A stretch of 64,000 bases of DNA from an uncultured virus (IMG/VR IMGVR_UViG_3300042558_004670) (taxonomy: Duplodnaviria > Heunggongvirae > Uroviricota > Caudoviricetes). Under the pieces are notes generated by a model, which did no database searches, was not told where the DNA came from, and saw only the letters and a program-made list of their open reading frames with translations. The position numbers and the translations under genes were made by a program. The DNA is taken from IMG/VR virus record IMGVR_UViG_3300042558_004670; one strand, 5' to 3'. Below are positions 47,517 through 55,882 of the stretch, piece by piece. Each line of letters begins with the position of its first letter. The stretch's first letter is position 1.

Positions 47517-47840
47517 TCAACCAAACAGAAAGACGACCACAAAGGTGACAGCAATCACCAAAGGAACCACGATAAGGCCGACCTCAACCGAAGTCCGTAG
47601 CGAGCGCTGATGCGGTTCAACACCATCAACAGCAGGGTCGTAGTGAGCTGCCCATGGTGCAACTGTCTTCCTTCCGTCGAGGATGATGTCATCGTTGTCA
47701 ATGACAACGGACTTCGCGTAGGGGTAGTGGTAGTCCTTCCCATTTACGTTGATGGTGGTGCCATCACCGCCTGTGTGGATGTTGATGTTGCGCAGGGTGT
47801 TGCCGGGGCCTGAAGATCTGAGGGACTTAACGTACGTCAT
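47517..47840 (-). CDS. Protein with C-terminal transmembrane helix
   Basis: VGLIVVPLVIAVTFVVVFLFG. Confidence 0.55.
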   Translation of the reverse strand: MTYVKSLRSSGPGNTLRNINIHTGGDGTTINVNGKDYHYPYAKSVVIDNDDIILDGRKTVAPWAAHYDPAVDGVEPHQRSLRTSVEVGLIVVPLVIAVTFVVVFLFG

Positions 47841-48328
47841 CAGTGCTTTTCCTGTTGTTGCTTTTTCAATTCATTGACCAACCGGGGCAATAGGTCAACC
47901 ACCATGGCACGGTGTTCCTTCGACGGTCCTTCCACTGGGGCGAAGTCTCGGTACGTCAGGAAGGCTGCAAGTCGTCCGTTGCTGCACTCCCACCAAGCCC
48001 CATCGTCAGTAACACCGACATCGGCGACGTCTGACGCGCTGAAAGTGGACCCGATCACCAGTTCACGTGCCGCAGCTTGTGTCTCTTCAACCAGAACGAC
48101 ATTGCTGGACTTGGGGAACAACCCACGGGCGAGGTGTGTGAAGTCGTGGAGCCCGGTCAAGTAGTCGACCACGCTTTCCCGGCCTCGGACAGGAAGGATG
48201 CGGAGCACACCCGACAACTTTGGGGTATGCACGGCAACCACACCCGTCGTTTCGCAGACCAGCAATGTTGCGGTCTGGTGGTCATTGACAGGGATGCTGA
48301 CGCTGTGCGTTGCGAATTTGTTGATCAT
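47840..48328 (-). CDS. Hypothetical protein (leaderless)
   Basis: TTGACG-N17-TAAGTT-N6-ATG. Confidence 0.6.
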   Translation of the reverse strand: MINKFATHSVSIPVNDHQTATLLVCETTGVVAVHTPKLSGVLRILPVRGRESVVDYLTGLHDFTHLARGLFPKSSNVVLVEETQAAARELVIGSTFSASDVADVGVTDDGAWWECSNGRLAAFLTYRDFAPVEGPSKEHRAMVVDLLPRLVNELKKQQQEKH

Positions 48329-48334
48329 GGCAGT

Positions 48335-48398
48335 AACTTAAGCACAGGAAAAGAACGCGTCAACACCGCTTGACAGATGCGGTTGTGGTGGGTACAGA
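48335..48398. promoter_or_regulatory. Bidirectional dyad promoter, both arms leaderless
   Basis: GTCAA(48359)-N6-TTGAC(48370); - arm gives ATG 48328; + arm TTGACA-N17-TACAGA-N6-ATG 48405. Confidence 0.65.
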
Positions 48399-48404
48399 CA
48401 CGGG

Positions 48405-48545
48405 ATGGACGATCGGGAAAAGGTTCTGCTCCTACGGGAAACGCTGATGGCGATCAAAAGTGGGGACCACTCGTGTACCTTGGACCCAGAAGAGCCTTGT
48501 CAAGACTGCACGATTGAACATGCACTAGAAATGACCAAGGAATAG
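48405..48545 (+). CDS. 46-aa hypothetical protein (leaderless)
   Basis: MDDREKVLLLRETLMAIKSGDHSCTLDPEEPCQDCTIEHALEMTKE; abuts cca. Confidence 0.5.
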   Translation: MDDREKVLLLRETLMAIKSGDHSCTLDPEEPCQDCTIEHALEMTKE

Positions 48546-48547
48546 CA

Positions 48548-49972
48548 ATGTCGAAACCCTCTTTCCCAGTCAGCCTCCCCCTGCGAAAGCTCGCTTCTGT
48601 CATCACTGATGCTGGTGGCACACCGTTCGTTGTTGGCGGTGCCGTCCGCGACTTCGTCATGGACCAGCGCGAACCAAAGGACATTGACGTTGAATGCTAC
48701 GGCGTTGATAGCGGAGTCCTTCAAACGGCGCTGGAGCGGCACTTCCATGTGGATGCTGTGGGAAAAGCATTCGGTGTGCTCAAGGTTGTCGTAGACGGGG
48801 AGACTTTTGACGTCTCCCTCCCACGGAGCGAGAACAAGGAAGGCCGTGGGCACCGTGGGTTCATCGTCACGACAAACCCTCATCTCACGACGTGGGAGGC
48901 GTGCCAACGTCGTGACCTCACCATCAACACATTGATGGTTGACCTGACCACCGGTCAGGTCCTTGAGCCTGTCGCTGGGGCACTGGCAGACTTGGATGGG
49001 AAGATCCTGCGTGCGGTCTCGCCTGCGTTCGCTGAAGACCCGCTGCGTGTTTTGCGCGTGTGCCAGTTCGCAGCACGATTTGACGCAACTGTGGAAGAGG
49101 GAACAGTCACCCTGTGCCGGTCCCTTGTTGACGAGATGCGAACGCTTCCAACTGAGCGCTTCTGGGAAGAAGTTAAGAAGTTGTTGCTGAAGAGCAAGAA
49201 GCCAAGTCGTGGACTTGAAGCCATGCGGGAGGTTGGGGCGCTGAGTCTCTTCCCAGAGTTGGAAGCACTGATCGGGGTACCCCAAGACCCGGTCTGGCAC
49301 CCAGAAGGCTGTGTTTGGACTCACAATAACATGGTGGTGGACGCTGCTGTCCGCGTGCTCTCTGAGGATGGCGTCACAGACGAAGATGAGCGCCTTGTCG
49401 TGCTGCTGGGCGCTCTGTGCCATGACCTCGGCAAGCCACTGGTGACCGAGTTCAAGGAAGGGAAGGACGGGCCACGGTGGCGCGCACACGACCACGAGGA
49501 ACAGGGTGTCGAACCAACGAGGTCATTCCTCGCACGTATTGGTTGTCCACCATACCTTGTCGAACCCGTCGTGGCGATTGTGGCAAGCCACTTGAAGCCG
49601 TTCCAGATGTACAGGGATCAGGCGTCAGCCAGTGCGATTCGTCGCCTTGCCCTGAAGGTGAACATGACTCAGTTGTGCCGGGTGGCCCGTGCAGACTTCC
49701 TTGGACGCACCACACCGGATGCCCTGTCCTGTGCGGACAGCAGGGAGATCCCAGACACGGTTTGGTTCATGGAGCAGGCATCGCGGTTGAAGGTGACCAT
49801 GTCTGCACCTGCTCCAATCGTGATGGGTCGTCACTTGCTGGAGAAGGGGTTCATTCAGGGTCCGAAAATGGGTGAAATGCTCAAAGAAATCTTCCAACGT
49901 CAGCTTGACGGGGAGTTCGAGGACCTTACTGGTGGGCTGGAAGTTCTTGAACGACTGATGACGAGAGTTTGA
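48548..49972 (+). CDS. cca: CCA-adding tRNA nucleotidyltransferase / poly(A) polymerase family protein with HD domain
   Basis: VGGAVRD, DIDVE, RRDLTIN, EDPLRVLR, WHPEG..WTH, LCHDLGKP. Confidence 0.9.
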   Translation: MSKPSFPVSLPLRKLASVITDAGGTPFVVGGAVRDFVMDQREPKDIDVECYGVDSGVLQTALERHFHVDAVGKAFGVLKVVVDGETFDVSLPRSENKEGRGHRGFIVTTNPHLTTWEACQRRDLTINTLMVDLTTGQVLEPVAGALADLDGKILRAVSPAFAEDPLRVLRVCQFAARFDATVEEGTVTLCRSLVDEMRTLPTERFWEEVKKLLLKSKKPSRGLEAMREVGALSLFPELEALIGVPQDPVWHPEGCVWTHNNMVVDAAVRVLSEDGVTDEDERLVVLLGALCHDLGKPLVTEFKEGKDGPRWRAHDHEEQGVEPTRSFLARIGCPPYLVEPVVAIVASHLKPFQMYRDQASASAIRRLALKVNMTQLCRVARADFLGRTTPDALSCADSREIPDTVWFMEQASRLKVTMSAPAPIVMGRHLLEKGFIQGPKMGEMLKEIFQRQLDGEFEDLTGGLEVLERLMTRV

Positions 49973-50394
49973 CGAGGTGCACCGTGTTTATGCAGGGATA
50001 TGAATGTCGGACGTGTGGCACTGCGCCTACTCGTGTGGAGCTGCAAGAAGGGCGGTGCCGGTATTGTCACCCAAGGAAGCAAACGACACAGGCTTTTGTC
50101 GTGGGCATGGTTCACCTGTCCCCTCCAGAGGAACCCTTCTTTGTTGTCCTTGCTGCGATACCAGTGGCCCAGAACCTGTACACGTTCATTCATGCCACTG
50201 TTCAAGGTGATGATGAAGGCAGCGCCATCGCTGAGGCAACGAAGCTGATGGATCAGGATCGAAGGTTCACGCGCAGTGTGGACGGGAAAAGCTGGTCGCT
50301 TGTGGACCAACCACACCCGCAGCCCGAGGTGGAAAAACCGAAGACGCGCATGGCCATGGTCGATTGCTTGCGCGGTGGCTTCTCGTCGATATGA
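49969..50394 (+). CDS. Hypothetical protein with N-terminal Zn motif
   Basis: CRTCG...CRYC. Confidence 0.5.
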   Translation: MTRCTVFMQGYECRTCGTAPTRVELQEGRCRYCHPRKQTTQAFVVGMVHLSPPEEPFFVVLAAIPVAQNLYTFIHATVQGDDEGSAIAEATKLMDQDRRFTRSVDGKSWSLVDQPHPQPEVEKPKTRMAMVDCLRGGFSSI

Positions 50395-50495
50395 TGACCA
50401 TAGCCGTTGAGGTGCCCGAAAGGGCGAGGCGTCACCCCGCTAACAAGCGGAGAAGTTTGATCGGCCGACGGGTTTGAAGACCGGTGATAAACCTG

Positions 50496-50527
50496 AGAAG
50501 CACCACTTTTAGTGGTGCTTCTGTTTT
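50496..50527 (+). terminator. Intrinsic terminator
   Basis: AGAAGCACCAC-TTTTA-GTGGTGCTTCT-GTTTT. Confidence 0.65.
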
Positions 50528-50575
50528 ATGTACGTTGCGATTGACCCACCCCTTGACCAACAGTAGGGTTGAAGG

Positions 50576-51250
50576 ATGGCCAAGCAGTCTGAAGCAGACC
50601 TCGCCCGCGTTGTCGTTTCCTATTTCCAAGGAAAGCCAGATGCACAGGTCTACCAAGAGGTTTTGGGTCCCAACGGAAGGGTCGCAGACATCGTTGTTGT
50701 GTCTGGTAAGTATCGGCACATCGTTGAAACGAAGACCTCTTTCAACTTCGATGTTCTTGAGCAGGCCTACCAGTGGCGAAAGTACGCGCACTGGGTGTCG
50801 GTGGCTGTCCCTAGAGGGAAGCACGCACGCCGCCCTTTCCAAGAGAAGCTGTGTGCGCACCTCGGTATTGGCGTGCTATACGTCAGCACCAATGAGTTCT
50901 TATACGAAGCCTCCCCTCCTTCCCTTTTGAGAAGGGTGCTGCCGATGCCTCTCCGGGATGAGCAGAAGACAGGGAGTTACGCACAGGCTGGCAGTGCCGG
51001 TGGCGGGCATTGGACTCCTTTCCGTGGCACTACAGACAACCTGCGTGCAGCGGTTGCTCGCTCGCCCGGACAGCCACTGGGCCAATACCTGAAGGAGATA
51101 GACCACCACTACACGTCACTATCGTCTGCAAGGTCATCGTTGACGAAGTGGATTGCGGCTGGTTCAGTTCAAGGCCTGAAGATCCAAGATGGCAAGGTGT
51201 ACCCAGCATGTTTAAATCCCACGTGTTGTTCCCAACAACGCGAAAAGTAG
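50576..51250 (+). CDS. PD-(D/E)XK nuclease, MmcB-like (leaderless)
   Basis: VYQEV, GRVADIVV, IVETKTS, LEQA...YAHWVSVAVP; TTGACC-N17-TAGGGT-N6-ATG. Confidence 0.7.
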   Translation: MAKQSEADLARVVVSYFQGKPDAQVYQEVLGPNGRVADIVVVSGKYRHIVETKTSFNFDVLEQAYQWRKYAHWVSVAVPRGKHARRPFQEKLCAHLGIGVLYVSTNEFLYEASPPSLLRRVLPMPLRDEQKTGSYAQAGSAGGGHWTPFRGTTDNLRAAVARSPGQPLGQYLKEIDHHYTSLSSARSSLTKWIAAGSVQGLKIQDGKVYPACLNPTCCSQQREK

Positions 51251-51335
51251 GTTTCCCCACTTTGGGCCAACTCGGCTTTCGTCTAGTTGACTTGCAGATA
51301 AGGTCGCATGCCCCAGAAAAGAAAGTCAAGCTAAA

Positions 51336-51800
51336 ATGAGATTCAGCACCAAGGTGTTCACCACCTTCCTCGCCTATCGTCGCGCACAGGTGCAAACCGC
51401 GAACGCGCTGGGTCTCGCCCTTGGGATTCTAGTGGCTTACCATGAAGACCTGTCAAAGGTGGACTGGGTTGGTTTGCCAAAGGACGAAGTGATGCGCGTG
51501 CTGATGCGCAAGGTCGATAGTCAGGACTCTCAGGAAAGCCCTGTGGGGCAACGATGTCGCATGGATGAGGCTGCGTGGCTCCGCACCAACATCATGCGTG
51601 GGACTTTGAAGGTGGGTCCATTGCAGCCTGTCGCGGTGGCTACAGAATGGCTGACGTCGATGTGGGCACAGGCGGATCAGCTTTCCACTCCTTCTGCCCA
51701 TGCAGTGGAACGTAGAACCAAAATCCTTGACAAACAGAGGGAGTTCCCAGTAGAAGTGCCGGTGGACTGGCTCTCCAAATACTCTTACGGGCAGGACTGA
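51336..51800 (+). CDS. Hypothetical protein
   Basis: 154 aa ORF. Confidence 0.55.
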   Translation: MRFSTKVFTTFLAYRRAQVQTANALGLALGILVAYHEDLSKVDWVGLPKDEVMRVLMRKVDSQDSQESPVGQRCRMDEAAWLRTNIMRGTLKVGPLQPVAVATEWLTSMWAQADQLSTPSAHAVERRTKILDKQREFPVEVPVDWLSKYSYGQD

Positions 51801-51803
51801 AGC

Positions 51804-52487
51804 ATGGCGACGAAGAAGGAACTTCCACCGATGAAGGCGTTGTTCAAGCGCCCGCCGCCACCAGCTCCTCCTCCAGTTGAGGAGAAGAAGAAGACTCCCG
51901 CAAAAGAGGTCCTTCCGGAAGACCCTTCCCCGCCATGGGAGGTGGGTGGTTATGACCCGCGTCCATCTCGCGGTGCACCTGCAATTCGGGTCATGTCCGC
52001 CAACAAGGAATGGCTTGGCACACGAGGGTGCATGGTCAAGACCGGGAAGCTCACCAAGGCAGCTGTGGATGCCTTGTCGCACATGCACACGGACAACGTC
52101 GTGGATGACGCTGTCATTGATGCGTTGGTGGCTCGCTTCAGCAATGCCAAGCAGCTCACTGCGCTGAGTCGCGTTGCTGGCGCAGACCTCCGTGTCCGCT
52201 CTGCTGGTGGCGGGGAACAAGGTCTGGACCCGGATCAGACCATTCTGGTCTACGCAAATGCACGAAAGAGTTCGTGGGTGCTCATTGCAGGTGCCTACGC
52301 GCCCCCGGATAAGCTTCACCTTCACGGTACTGGGGAGGAAATGCGCCTTGCGTCGGAGGCAAGGGACTACCTCGTGGCCCCGATCTTCGTTGACAGCTCC
52401 GTGACAGGGAAGGCAATCAACGCTGCCCTGTCTGAGGGTCGCTACAAGGACGCAGAAGAAGCATACAACAAGTTCTTCTTCGGTTGA
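51804..52487 (+). CDS. Hypothetical protein, Pro-rich N-terminus
   Basis: 227 aa ORF. Confidence 0.6.
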   Translation: MATKKELPPMKALFKRPPPPAPPPVEEKKKTPAKEVLPEDPSPPWEVGGYDPRPSRGAPAIRVMSANKEWLGTRGCMVKTGKLTKAAVDALSHMHTDNVVDDAVIDALVARFSNAKQLTALSRVAGADLRVRSAGGGEQGLDPDQTILVYANARKSSWVLIAGAYAPPDKLHLHGTGEEMRLASEARDYLVAPIFVDSSVTGKAINAALSEGRYKDAEEAYNKFFFG

Positions 52488-52546
52488 GGCGAATCGGTAT
52501 CCACCATCCGGTCAGCGACTGCACTCTGGGGAAGAGGTGACCCTGA

Positions 52547-52837
52547 ATGGCGAGCAATCGGAATGCGCTCCTCTCTGACCTGAAGCAGACCAAAGATGCC
52601 CTCCGTGCATCCGAGAAACGCGGAAGAAAAGCTGTCCGACAAATGAGGGCTGTTGAAAAGGTCTTCACTGGTCTGATTCCGAAGTTGGAGAACTGGACAT
52701 CCCTTCCTTTGAGCGACGAGGCTCCATGCCGAGCCATCACGACAGGGGAAGCACGCCAGATCCTCACCCTGCTGAAGGGTGGTCTGGATACGCCGGACAC
52801 CAACGAAGCCGATGAGGAAAAGGACGCAGCGGAATAG
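52547..52837 (+). CDS. Hypothetical protein
   Basis: GAGGTG RBS. Confidence 0.55.
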   Translation: MASNRNALLSDLKQTKDALRASEKRGRKAVRQMRAVEKVFTGLIPKLENWTSLPLSDEAPCRAITTGEARQILTLLKGGLDTPDTNEADEEKDAAE

Positions 52838-52838
52838 G

Positions 52839-52897
52839 TTGCAGGAAGCTGCCGCCTCGCTACTCTCCTTCTGTGCTCAAACAAGCACAGAAGGAGA
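52839..52897 (+). promoter_or_regulatory. Promoter overlapping an SD-sequestering 14-bp hairpin
   Basis: TTGCAG-N16-TACTCT (52839-52866); stem TCTCCTTCTGTGCT-CAAACA-AGCACAGAAGGAGA (52864-52897). Confidence 0.7.
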
Positions 52898-52903
52898 ACG
52901 ACC

Positions 52904-53603
52904 ATGGCCTGTGTAGTTGTTGAAATTCGTGCCGCTGAGGGCGGTGAAGACGCGTGTGACCTTGTCAAAGTGCAGGCGTCGATCTACGCAGCATACGCGC
53001 GGCGGAGTGGTCTTTGACCACGTAGTCATCGAAGAAAGCCACGGCTTCGTCGCTCTTCGCCTGACGGGCAAGGGTGCTGAGAAGCTGAAGGTGTCAGAGC
53101 CCGGTGGGCATAGATTCCAGCGAACACCGCCAACAGAAAAGAAGGGACGCGTACATACCAGTACCGTCACAGTGGCTGTTCTTGATCCCCAAGAACGTGT
53201 CACAGCAACATTGCGCCCTGTTGACGTGGAGATGTGGTTCACGCGGTCAACCGGTGCAGGTGGGCAACATCGAAACAAGACCGAGAGCACGGTGTGCCTC
53301 AAACACCTCCCAACAGGGATCGAGGTTCGCGCGGACAGTGAACGCGACCAGCATGAGAACCGGAGGATAGGGCTGGAACGCCTTCAGGCGAAGGTACAGG
53401 CCTTTGAGGAGGAGAAGGCCATGAGGTCCCGCGCAGGGGATAGAAGGCAGCAGGTCGGGTCTGGGATGCGCGGAGACAAGGTGCGCACCATTCGCTACCA
53501 AGACGACAGTGTCGTCTGCGAAGTGACCGGAAGTCGGTGGTCACTCAAGACATACTTGAGGGGTTCAATCCCGATCAAGTCATTGGGCGGGGAAGCCAAG
53601 TAA
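52904..53603 (+). CDS. Class I peptide chain release factor homologue lacking domain 1, expressed via +1 frameshift (join 52904..53014, 53016..53603; 232 aa)
   Basis: Frame 0: MACVVVEIRAAEGGEDA...YARRSGL* ; +1 frame: GGHRFQRTPPTEKKGRVHTSTVTVAV, STGAGGQHRNKTES, ERDQHEN, RGDKVRTIRY; junction CTT TGA C. Confidence 0.85.
53004..53018 (+). promoter_or_regulatory. prfB-type programmed +1 frameshift site
   Basis: GGAGT GGT CTT TGA C; same geometry as E. coli prfB AGGGGG TAT CTT TGA C. Confidence 0.85.
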
Positions 53604-54113
53604 CTCTCTGGTTTGCTCCACATCATCAAGGTCCGTGGCACCACGGGCCTTGGACCTCTCCATCCCCCAGAACATGGAGACCATCTTCCGCCACTGCGGG
53701 TCTTTCTCTGGGTCACAGCCAGAGGAGATGGCTTCATCCCGCAGTTGGCAGATCGTATCGAAGAAGCCCTGTCGTGTGATTGATGGGTTGACGTAGTCCA
53801 TCACAGCACCAACGAACTCATCTGTGATGACGAGTTCATTCGTCTCCCTGTCGAGTTCAGCAGCTGGATAGAAGAAGTCTTCCAGCTCCTGATTGATAGC
53901 GGGGAATGTTGACCCATGCCGAATGAAGCCATTCATGATGCACGGGTACCCATCACGGTGCTTCAGTGTACCAATGTCGAAACTAAGCTCGACATTTACG
54001 TTCTTCCAAAAGAATGGTGGGTGGACTGCGGGGAGTACAATGCCCCTCACGAGCATGCGCCCGATAACCAGACGAACAATCTTACCACGCCAAAGGAAAG
54101 AAGCGTTGTGCAT
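53580..54113 (-). CDS. Hypothetical protein (leaderless)
   Basis: TTGACT-N17-TATACG-N7-ATG. Confidence 0.55.
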   Translation of the reverse strand: MHNASFLWRGKIVRLVIGRMLVRGIVLPAVHPPFFWKNVNVELSFDIGTLKHRDGYPCIMNGFIRHGSTFPAINQELEDFFYPAAELDRETNELVITDEFVGAVMDYVNPSITRQGFFDTICQLRDEAISSGCDPEKDPQWRKMVSMFWGMERSKARGATDLDDVEQTRELLGFPAQ

Positions 54114-54131
54114 AGATATGCGTATAGACTG

Positions 54132-55358
54132 CTACAAATCGTCAGTCAAGCGCGCTTCGTCGTTGAGGAGTTCGCTAACATCGGGGAGGTGGCTGGTGAT
54201 CAGGTCCCTTGTCCGCTGGCATGTGTAGGAGAGGTCGTCATCCGTCGGTGCTGACCATGATCCCATCATCCGGGACTTGTACCCCGGACCGTCCAAGGCT
54301 TCGACCCACTCATACACCGAACGGTCGTCAAGATGGGAAGCAAGGTCAGAGCAGCGAATCGCCGGTGCGCGTGGCCCCTGATCCAATCGCGCCAGCGAAG
54401 TCCCAGTAGATCCTTTGGCTAGGTACCTACCCAAGCGGCGGGTTGTTTCCTCTCCGGGGGAAACCATCCGAGATAGCATTGGTTTCACCTTCTCGACAGG
54501 AGAAGAGCAACCGCCCCACAGGGCATCGACTTCACTCCACCTTGCAAGCGACTCCACTGGCGGGGAGACCAGCGCGTGAATGTGTGGTTGTGGAAGCCAG
54601 CGTTGACCAGCGACGCGGGTTGCCCGCCACGCTGTCTCAGTCCACCACCACACCGGCCCCAGATCTGCGCGCCTCCAAGCATCCCGGAACTTGTTGCGCG
54701 CTGTTTGGATGATACCCAAGCGTTCAAGGAGAAGATTCTTCCCCGCAGAGCCGCTATTGCGTCCCGGTGTTCGACTCACTGCACCACGGAGCCAAATTGT
54801 GTTGGCAGCACCTCCCAAAGGAGAGAGTGGTGGCGCTGTGCTGCCCTCATTGGCAGGAACCCGCCAGTTGAAATTCAGCGTGATCAAGATCAGTGGGCGG
54901 TCATGGTGGTCAGCGAATCGCTGTGCCTGCTCAACCGCCTCGCGAGAGGACGTAATCCTGTTGTCGTGTGCAAGGCGATAACATTCAATGTGCTGACAAC
55001 CGACGTTACCGCATCGGTGCTCCTGACCTTCGTCAGTAGTCACGCCACAGCGTAGTCCATCATAGAGACGCTGCTTTGTCCCATGCGCTGGCCATGCCTC
55101 CAAAACGAGGGCAGTTGCCCGCGCCTCCGCCATTCGGCAAGAAGAGGGCGGAAGAGGGGTGACCATGTCGCTATCGACCTGCTTTTCCCAGTCATATACT
55201 GAAACAAACGAGTCCAACACGCCTTGTGCCCGCATCCGGGTCACCACACCAGCGCGGATGCTGCTGGCATGGGTGCCTACTCGGACTGCACGCGCCGACA
55301 GGTGTTCAGGCGGAGCATACCGCTGCGCGTATGGTTGCGCATCGGGCGCCTGCTGCAC
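54132..55358 (-). CDS. HUH-superfamily Rep-like endonuclease
   Basis: CGNVGCQHIEC, LILITLNF (motif I-like), WTE, PHIHALV (HUH), RYLAKG (YxxK). Confidence 0.6.
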   Translation of the reverse strand: MQQAPDAQPYAQRYAPPEHLSARAVRVGTHASSIRAGVVTRMRAQGVLDSFVSVYDWEKQVDSDMVTPLPPSSCRMAEARATALVLEAWPAHGTKQRLYDGLRCGVTTDEGQEHRCGNVGCQHIECYRLAHDNRITSSREAVEQAQRFADHHDRPLILITLNFNWRVPANEGSTAPPLSPLGGAANTIWLRGAVSRTPGRNSGSAGKNLLLERLGIIQTARNKFRDAWRRADLGPVWWWTETAWRATRVAGQRWLPQPHIHALVSPPVESLARWSEVDALWGGCSSPVEKVKPMLSRMVSPGEETTRRLGRYLAKGSTGTSLARLDQGPRAPAIRCSDLASHLDDRSVYEWVEALDGPGYKSRMMGSWSAPTDDDLSYTCQRTRDLITSHLPDVSELLNDEARLTDDL

Positions 55359-55403
55359 GTGAACACCTCTGGGTGACCTTCTACCGCTGACGGGAGCCTC
55401 CGT

Positions 55404-55871
55404 CTAGTCCGCCTCAACCGTGGCGTCTGGGTCCGCCTCAACATCGCTGAACAGGCCCATCGGAATCAGGACCACAGGTTCTTGATCTGCCGGGTCACCC
55501 CGGTCGTCCCGCCCACCCATGGCATAGGTGATGCCCTCTTGAAATGCCATCGGCACGTACATCAGCTTGTCTGTGAATTGGACAATCAGCCAAACTGGGA
55601 GCTGAAGATGTGAGGACAGGGAGCAGCCCACGTGCCACTTGTCCATGGAGATCATGTACGTGTCGTACTTGGTATGGTCGTTTGTTCGAACCTTGATCTC
55701 GCCAATCCCAATGACTTCCCCGCTGCGAACAGCAGCGAAGTCGAGGGAGCTTTTTCGAGGGAGCTTCACGATAGATGTGACGTTGTCCGGCCAACGCTGA
55801 AGGCGGAAGGCCTCCGTTGCCCTGCGCTCTTGTCTACGGTTTTCGCTGTTTTCGTACTCTGGACGAACCAT
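55404..55871 (-). CDS. PD-(D/E)XK nuclease
   Basis: SLDFAAVRSGEVIGIGEIKVR. Confidence 0.7.
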   Translation of the reverse strand: MVRPEYENSENRRQERRATEAFRLQRWPDNVTSIVKLPRKSSLDFAAVRSGEVIGIGEIKVRTNDHTKYDTYMISMDKWHVGCSLSSHLQLPVWLIVQFTDKLMYVPMAFQEGITYAMGGRDDRGDPADQEPVVLIPMGLFSDVEADPDATVEAD

Positions 55872-55882
55872 CTACATCTCCT

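Noticed and set aside
52917..53012. ORF-track TTG start of the release factor (MLKFVPLR...)
   Set aside because: No RBS and no homology in this frame; the frame-0 ATG at 52904 has AAGGAG and encodes the conserved EIR..EGG strand.
52904..53603. Release factor as a frameshifted pseudogene
   Set aside because: The break falls exactly on SD-N3-CTTTGAC and both parts are otherwise intact, including GGQ; a sequencing indel cannot be fully excluded without reads.
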